A stretch of DNA of 64,000 bases from positions 55,428,001 to 55,492,000 of the forward strand of contig OZ024749.1 of NCBI GenBank assembly GCA_964016885.1. The letters are read 5' to 3'. The notes under the pieces were generated by a model. It was not told where the DNA came from and did no database searches. It saw nothing but the letters and a program-made list of their open reading frames with translations. Position 1 is the first letter of the stretch. Each line of letters starts with the position of its first letter. Below, piece by piece: positions 57,086 to 64,000 of the stretch. The DNA comes from Eledone cirrhosa (lineage: Eukaryota). Made by a program: the position numbers and the translations under genes.

Positions 57086-57912
57086 AAGAAGAAGATCATT
57101 ATTTGTATATCTGTTTTTTCCATGCTTGCAGAGGCAGATCTTTCACCAGCCGAGGCCCTTTTATTAAACAAAATTTTGGGTAAAAAAATTTTAAATAATT
57201 AAATAGGTGCCACCCCCGAGGGTGTTGGTCCTAAGCTATATCTTATTTAGTTTATAGGCAAGTCCAACACTGGTTAGATTGGGGGCTATTATTATTATCA
57301 TCATTTAACATCCATTTTTCCATGCTAGCATGGGTTAGACGAGCTATCCCATTGTGACATACCAAGTTGGACGACTTGTGTTTTGCTCATACAGAACTAT
57401 TTTCAGTAGAGTTAATTAAATCGACCCCAGTACGTTACTGGTTACTGGTACTTTATTTTATAGAACCCTGTAAGGATGAAAGGCAAAGTTAACCTTGGCA
57501 AGATCTGAACTCAGATCATAAAGGGATGTAACATTATACCACAAGGCGTGTTGTCTGACACTCTACTGATTACTGCCACAACAATAACAATAATTATAGC
57601 TGTAAGCAATAAATTCATGATAATACTTCCTAATTATGAGATAATTTGTTTGCTGTTGTTGTTGTTATTGCTGCTGCTGCTCTTTAATAAGCAATTTAAA
57701 TAACCTTCACTTAATTAAGATTAGCAACAAAATTGTGTCATTTTACAACACAGACAACAACAACAACATACTGAAAGCTAACAGTTTGGAACTAGACCAG
57801 ATGACTACATCTGGCTTACACACACATGGCAAAGGTAAACAGAAACACAGAGCAAACAACACAGTCCAATGAGGAAATATATTAGTTTAACACTTGTTAT
57901 AGTAGGAAAAGA

Positions 57913-57950
57913 ATCGTTATGTTTCGGACATTAGACCTTCATCAGAAGAT
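57913..57950 (-). ncRNA. Degenerate minimal hammerhead motif
   Basis: atctt-CTGATGA-aggtctaatgtcc-GAAA-ca-TA-acgat. Weak helices. Confidence 0.35.
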
Positions 57951-58047
57951 AAAATATGAAATAGAAAGAGTCAAAAGAGGAATGAATTGGAAGAGATTTT
58001 TGAGAAAAAGTGTGTATTGAGTCAGCCATTTTGGATATATATGTATG

Positions 58048-58094
<47 letters not shown>

Positions 58095-58096
58095 AC

Positions 58097-58158
<62 letters not shown>

Positions 58159-59477
58159 AGAGAGAGACACACACATATATATATATATTTATATATATAC
58201 AAAAATATGTAGCAAGAGACCAATTATTTCAATATATACAATCATAAACTATATACTGCAATATAACAACTAGCCATCTCTATTTTCTATGAGGCCATCT
58301 GGCTAATGACTCTTTATTGTTATTTCAGTGATGTTAGTGTTTATGGCAGTGGCGCTAGTGTTTATGGTGGTGGTGGTGGTGGTGGTAGTGTTTATGGTGG
58401 TGGTGGTAGAGCTTGTGGTGGTGGTAGTGTTTATGGCAGTGGCGCTAGTGTTTATGGTGGTGGTGGTAGTGTTTATGGTGGTGCTTGTGGTGGTGGTGGA
58501 GCTTGTGGTGGTGGTGGTGGTGGTGGTAGTGTTTATGGTGGTGGTGGAGCTTGTGGTGGTGGAGTTTGAGGTGGTGGAGTTTGAGGTGGTGGAACTTGTA
58601 GTGGTGGTGGTGGTGGTGGTGGTGGTGGTGGTTATGGTGGTGGTGGTGGTGGTGGTTATGGTGGTGGTGGTGGTGGTGGTGGTGGTGGAGTTTGAGGTGG
58701 TGGAACTTGTAGTAGTGGTGGTGGTGGTGTTTATGGTGGTGGTGGTGGTGGCCTGGTTGCTTCTCAGAAGAACTACTTGTTCATGGCATTGGGTTATAGA
58801 TTTGGTTTCAAGCATATATCCAGCCATAATTTGATGTCATATGCGTATATATACGTAGGTGTGTATATATATATATATATATAACTTTGTCTTATATTTC
58901 CTCTTGTAATTTTAATCATGTGTATGTGTGTGTATGTATGTCTATATGTATAAGTATGTGTGTATATATTTGTCTGTGTAAGCAAGAATTCTCTCAAGTT
59001 TATTCTTTATATATAAATATGTATACATACATGTGCTGTCTGTGTTCTCTTTGCCTTTTTTTTTAATGGCATTGCTCCAGCATGGCCATAACCGAAATGG
59101 TTTAAACAAACTTCAGAACAATACACAACACACACAACTCACTGCACTAATAAGGACACAATTATAAAAATGTGAATAGCAATTATCACAAACACCACCA
59201 CCACCACCACAGACACCACCACCATCACCACAGCCACCAACAACGACAACAACTAAAAAACACACAAAAACAAGAAAAAAGGAATCTGTTTACAAATAGA
59301 AACAAAATATGACCAGAAACTTGATGTACTGAATGACTTATAGAATTATAATGAGTTTGGTCAACTAGAATTATGAAGAACTTGTCTATGATGGTGTGTT
59401 TGTGAAGCAGAAGAGAAAGTGGGTATATATTGCTATATATATTCAGATATCAAGTGAGTGTGTAGTGTGTATGTATG

Positions 59478-59504
<27 letters not shown>

Positions 59505-59508
<4 letters not shown>

Positions 59509-59660
59509 GGCGGCTGCCAACTCGTTTTCGACTAAGGCCACTACTTTATATCCATGTAGGAGAACCCCTACCGATGCGCTGAACAAGTGTGACTTTTTAG
59601 TCCAGCCAGCAACTTGAAAACTCTGGTACAAACACTACACTTGTGACAATTATTGACACA
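59505..59660 (-). mobile_element. RTE-like LINE extreme 3' end (C-terminal C2H2-like finger)
   Basis: CHKCSVCTRVFKLLAGLKSH, then a short UTR and (TA)n. Confidence 0.5.
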
Positions 59661-59939
59661 TAGTGCTGGGCCCATGGTACCATGTGATGACAAGTGCAGA
59701 GAGATCTCCAGATATAAAGCAATGCTTGCGCCGTGAAGCTTTTGTAGTGAGCAAAGGCACTGCACAAAGCCAGTCCCACTATCTTAACCAAGATATTTAC
59801 CAAAAAGAAAATATATATATACATACATACATACATACAAACCATCTAGCATGAAAAAAATGAACCTAAAGGTAAAAGATATATATACACACACACACAA
59901 AATATTAAAACAATCAAATTTTAGTTTAATACATTTATT

Positions 59940-59986
59940 TGCTGACAATTGTTTCTTCCAGAGGGATGTCTGGATTCATCAGAGCA
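59940..59986 (-). ncRNA. Minimal type-I hammerhead ribozyme motif
   Basis: tgct-CTGATGA-a tccaga catccc tctgga a-GAAA-caattg-TC-agca. Palindromic helix III (ACAATTGT), then AATAAA. Confidence 0.85.
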
Positions 59987-60122
59987 TAGAGGATGTTTAA
60001 AGAAGTAAAAATCCTAGTCTTCAGAACATTTAGGCAGATACAAAACTGTTGTCAGTATCATAGACATCATGTAGAGAATCGGGAGTTAAAAAAGAATGTT
60101 ATGTTTCAGAAAACACAATTAC

Positions 60123-60164
<42 letters not shown>

Positions 60165-62823
60165 GAATTGAACACATGATCATATGAGTGTGAGGTGAAC
60201 ACCCTAACTCCTGAGCCATGTGCCTTCAGTAATGATGATTTCAAACGAATGAAACAGTTCTAGTTCTGTAGAAGTGATTTCTATATGAAATAAATTTGAA
60301 CCTTCTCTCCTAATGTATTGAGTACCTTGTTTAATTGTGTCTGTATATATGTGTGATCTATATATGATAATGATGTCTATATGATGATGATGTATATATT
60401 GTGTATTTATACACACACACAAGAGAGAAAGAATAGTGAGAGAGAGAAGAAAGCAAAGATAAAAAGAGCAACCAATAGAGTGAAACAATTTACACACATA
60501 TATACATACATACACACATATATACATACATACACACATATATTCATACATACACACACATATATACATACATACACACATATATACATACATACACACA
60601 CATATACATACATACACACACATATACATACATACACACACATATACATACATACACACACATATACATACATACACACACATACATACACACACATATA
60701 AATATATATATATATAGGTAGGGGAGAGGGAGCACAAATGTAGTTATACTAGCAATATGAATAGTGGTGGTGTTAATGGTAGTAGTGGTGGTGTAGTGGT
60801 GGTGGTGGTGATGTTGATAGTGGTGGTGTTAGAGGTGGTGGTGTAGTGGTAGTGTTAGAGGTGGTGGTGTAGTGGTGATGTTGGTGTTAGAGGTGGTGGT
60901 GGTGGTGTGGTGGTGTTGGTGTTAGAGGTGGTGGTGGTGTGGTGGTGGTGTAGTGGTGGTGGTGATGTTAGAGGTGGTGGTAGAGGTGGTGGCGGGGTAG
61001 TGGTGGTGGTAGAGGTGGTGGCGGGGTAGTGGTGATGTTGGTATTAGAGGTGGTGGTGGTGTGGTGGTGTAGTGGTGGTGGATGAGCAGTTTGCCGGCTT
61101 TAAAAATTCGGTAACGAGCGCAAGTTATCCAAGGAAAAGCATTAAAATCAAAGGAGATTTCGGATTTTATTCAATTGGCTGGCTGCTTTTCACTGACATG
61201 ACAGTGCCAAACAGTGGCGTCAGTGGTGGTGTTGAGGGGTGGAGGAGGGTGGTTGTGAGAATCGGTGGAGACGGCGGCGGGGTAGGTTATTTCAAGAACC
61301 AGCAAGACCCAAAAGGAAAAGCATCCAAGAGAATCGAGTCTCGCCAAATAGATTTAATTATTCAATGAATTCAAGCCAAACTGATTTCAAGAGGCTTAAT
61401 GTGTCCAGAGTTTTGTACACAGCTGTGGAAGGTGAGTGGGGGTGTGAGTGGGTGGGAGGATATGAGCATGTATATGATGGAGGGGGAGGAAAGAGAGGAA
61501 GGAAAGAGAGTAGGAGGGAGGGAGAAGGAGGAGAGTAGGAGAATGTAAGGAAAATACAAATTATTAGAAAGGTCAGTTTGTCTTAATTCATCATGAGACA
61601 GTTGCATTTAGATAACAAAGGAAGGTGGTTTGACTGGCTGGCTGCTTAGCCAACCAACGGACTGACCAGCCAACCATCTGACTTGGCTGGCTGGTCAACC
61701 AACGGACAGACAAGCTGGCTGGTTAGCTGATAGGTCAGTTTAATTTGTGATTCTCATTTCCTTTGCTAAAACACTAAAGGGCAGGTGGTATGTTTGTTGC
61801 TGTTGGTGTTGGTGTATCTAGGGTGTTTTTAGCCTGGCAAGGTCCATCTCCTCTCAAGGCCTGAACACAACAAATTTCTTGCAGAGAAGTATAGAAAGTG
61901 AGAGAGAGAGGAAGTTAGGAAAAGATACAGACCCCAGTACTATACTGGTACTTTGGAAGGATGAAAGGCAAAGTTGACCTCAGCAGGATTTGAAATCAGA
62001 GAGTAGAGACTCGCAACAAATACCACAAAGTTTCTATTCGACATTCTAACAATTCACTACCTTATCAAATCACACAGAACAACTTTTTAAAAAATTAACA
62101 AAAGTAATTTAATATTTTGTAATGTAGTCCTAGAAAGATGACATCTAAATAAAAGATGTGATGGTCATGGCTGGAATCTCACTGGTTATAAGGTCTGCTA
62201 GATCAGGGTTAATCTGGAGCTAAACAACAACCAAACATATCAACTAACAACAACAATAAAGTCAGTTAAAATGATTTTTTTTCTCTCTCCCTTCTCAAGG
62301 TTCTCACCAACAGCTGAAATTTAGGGTAATTTTTCTTTCTTTTTTTTTTCCCCTAAGCCCAGATTTTAGGTTTATCTAATAGGTTGAAAATAACAAGGCA
62401 CCATACTTAAGGGTACAAAGTAGGAAACATAATAGTCAGAAAAGTAAATAGATAGATTTTTGGAGTGATGGAGGGGTGAGAAGGTGTGGAGGAGAAAGGA
62501 AGGGAGGGATCTGTCCCTAGGAATGGAATGTGGATATGTTCTAGGTAGGAGAGGCTAGGAAGATTTACATTTTCATCCCTCCTTTCTCTCTCTCTCCAGA
62601 GACATCTTCCCACTCCCTTTCTCTCTTTCTTTCAACAGAAAGACACACACACACATACATACATCTACATACATCATAAATATACACACACACATACATA
62701 CATCTACATACATCATAAATATACACACATACATAGAGACTCACACACAGCCAATTTCATGAACTAGACAGGCATATTGTCCCTGCCCAGGCTTACACTC
62801 AAGTGCAACTGGCTTTATGGCTG

Positions 62824-62862
<39 letters not shown>

Positions 62863-64000
62863 ATGTGAGTGCGCGCGCACACACTCATACACACTGTGAC
62901 GCTAATAATAATATATATATCATCATCATCAAACCCACTCTAGCATGGGTTATATATATATTATATATATTATATATATATTATACATGTATATTATATA
63001 CATATACATATACGTATATATTATATACATACTAGAGTGTGTATATATATATATATATATACACCCATGCTAGAGTGGATGATACACGATGATGATGATG
63101 ATGTGTGTGATGGCAATGATGAATGACAGGAATTGAACTCCCAGTTCACACAGTAATTGGATCCTGCAAGGAAAGGTACTAAAATCACTAAACTGAACAA
63201 CAACAACACCAACAGTGCCAGTGGTGGCAACCACCACCACCACCACCACCACCACTACACAACCACCACCACCACCACTAACCAACCACCACCACCACTA
63301 ACCAACCACCACCACCACCATCCAACAACTACTACTACCACTACAACCACCAACAACAGCAATAACAATAATCACAATAATTCATCACATAGGAACCCTG
63401 CCAACACTGCCCACCCCTTCGTTAATAGTAATTCTTAGAGAGAATAATGAGTTTGGACATTGGATCCTTAAGGACTTAGTGCTGTTGTTGTTGGTGATGG
63501 TGAGACAGAACAGTGGTGGTGGTGGTGGTGGGTAGAAGGAGTGGTGTTGGTGGTGGTGGTGGTGGGTAGAAGGATAGTCAGGAAGTAAAAGAAGAAAGCC
63601 ATTTGGGAGAAAATGGCAGAGAGAGAGGGAGAGAGGGGGGGGGATAGGAGGGACAAGACACAACATCCCTGTTAGAAGTTATTGTTGTTCTCTTATTACA
63701 ACTCACACCTGCACAGGTTAAGCCGGGCCATCTATAAAAGGGTTTCTTGGGTATTTTAATGATAGGGTTTACTCCTAACATGTCACCAGTTTTCTAGTGA
63801 CAGGAAGTGGGATTTTCAAATCCGAATATTCAGAGCCAGAGAAAATACTGCAAGGCACCCAATCCAACAGTCTAATAATTTGGCTAATCCAGTGTGGCCT
63901 AATGGTTAGGATACTTGACCTAGGATTGTAATGTTGTTGGTTAGATTCCTGGGTTGTAGAGATATGAGGAGGTGGGACAGCATGGGTTGGGACGATGAGA

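Overview
AT-rich, microsatellite-dense animal genomic DNA. The SINE/LINE repertoire and the (TA)n/(GGT)n load suggest an octopod cephalopod (inference). The whole window appears to lie inside a muscleblind (mbl/MBNL) gene on the minus strand. Two exons are well supported: 36175-35999 (second half of CCCH finger 2 plus linker) and 3500-3306 (linker ending RADRLE, just before finger 3). The finger-1 and finger-3/4 exons were not found in the window. The 32-kb intron between the two exons holds several candidate phase-0 cassette, micro- and poison exons with UGCAUG and YGCY signals. About a dozen minimal type-I hammerhead ribozyme motifs (Penelope-like pLTR type) are scattered through the introns, several sense to the pre-mRNA, together with fold-back palindromes built from hammerhead halves. 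The rest is SINEs, CR1-group/RTE/Dong-like LINE remnants, piggyBac- and pogo-type MITEs, minisatellites and simple repeats. Nearly all ORFs in the supplied track are simple-repeat artefacts. Repeat boundaries are approximate and were read by eye.
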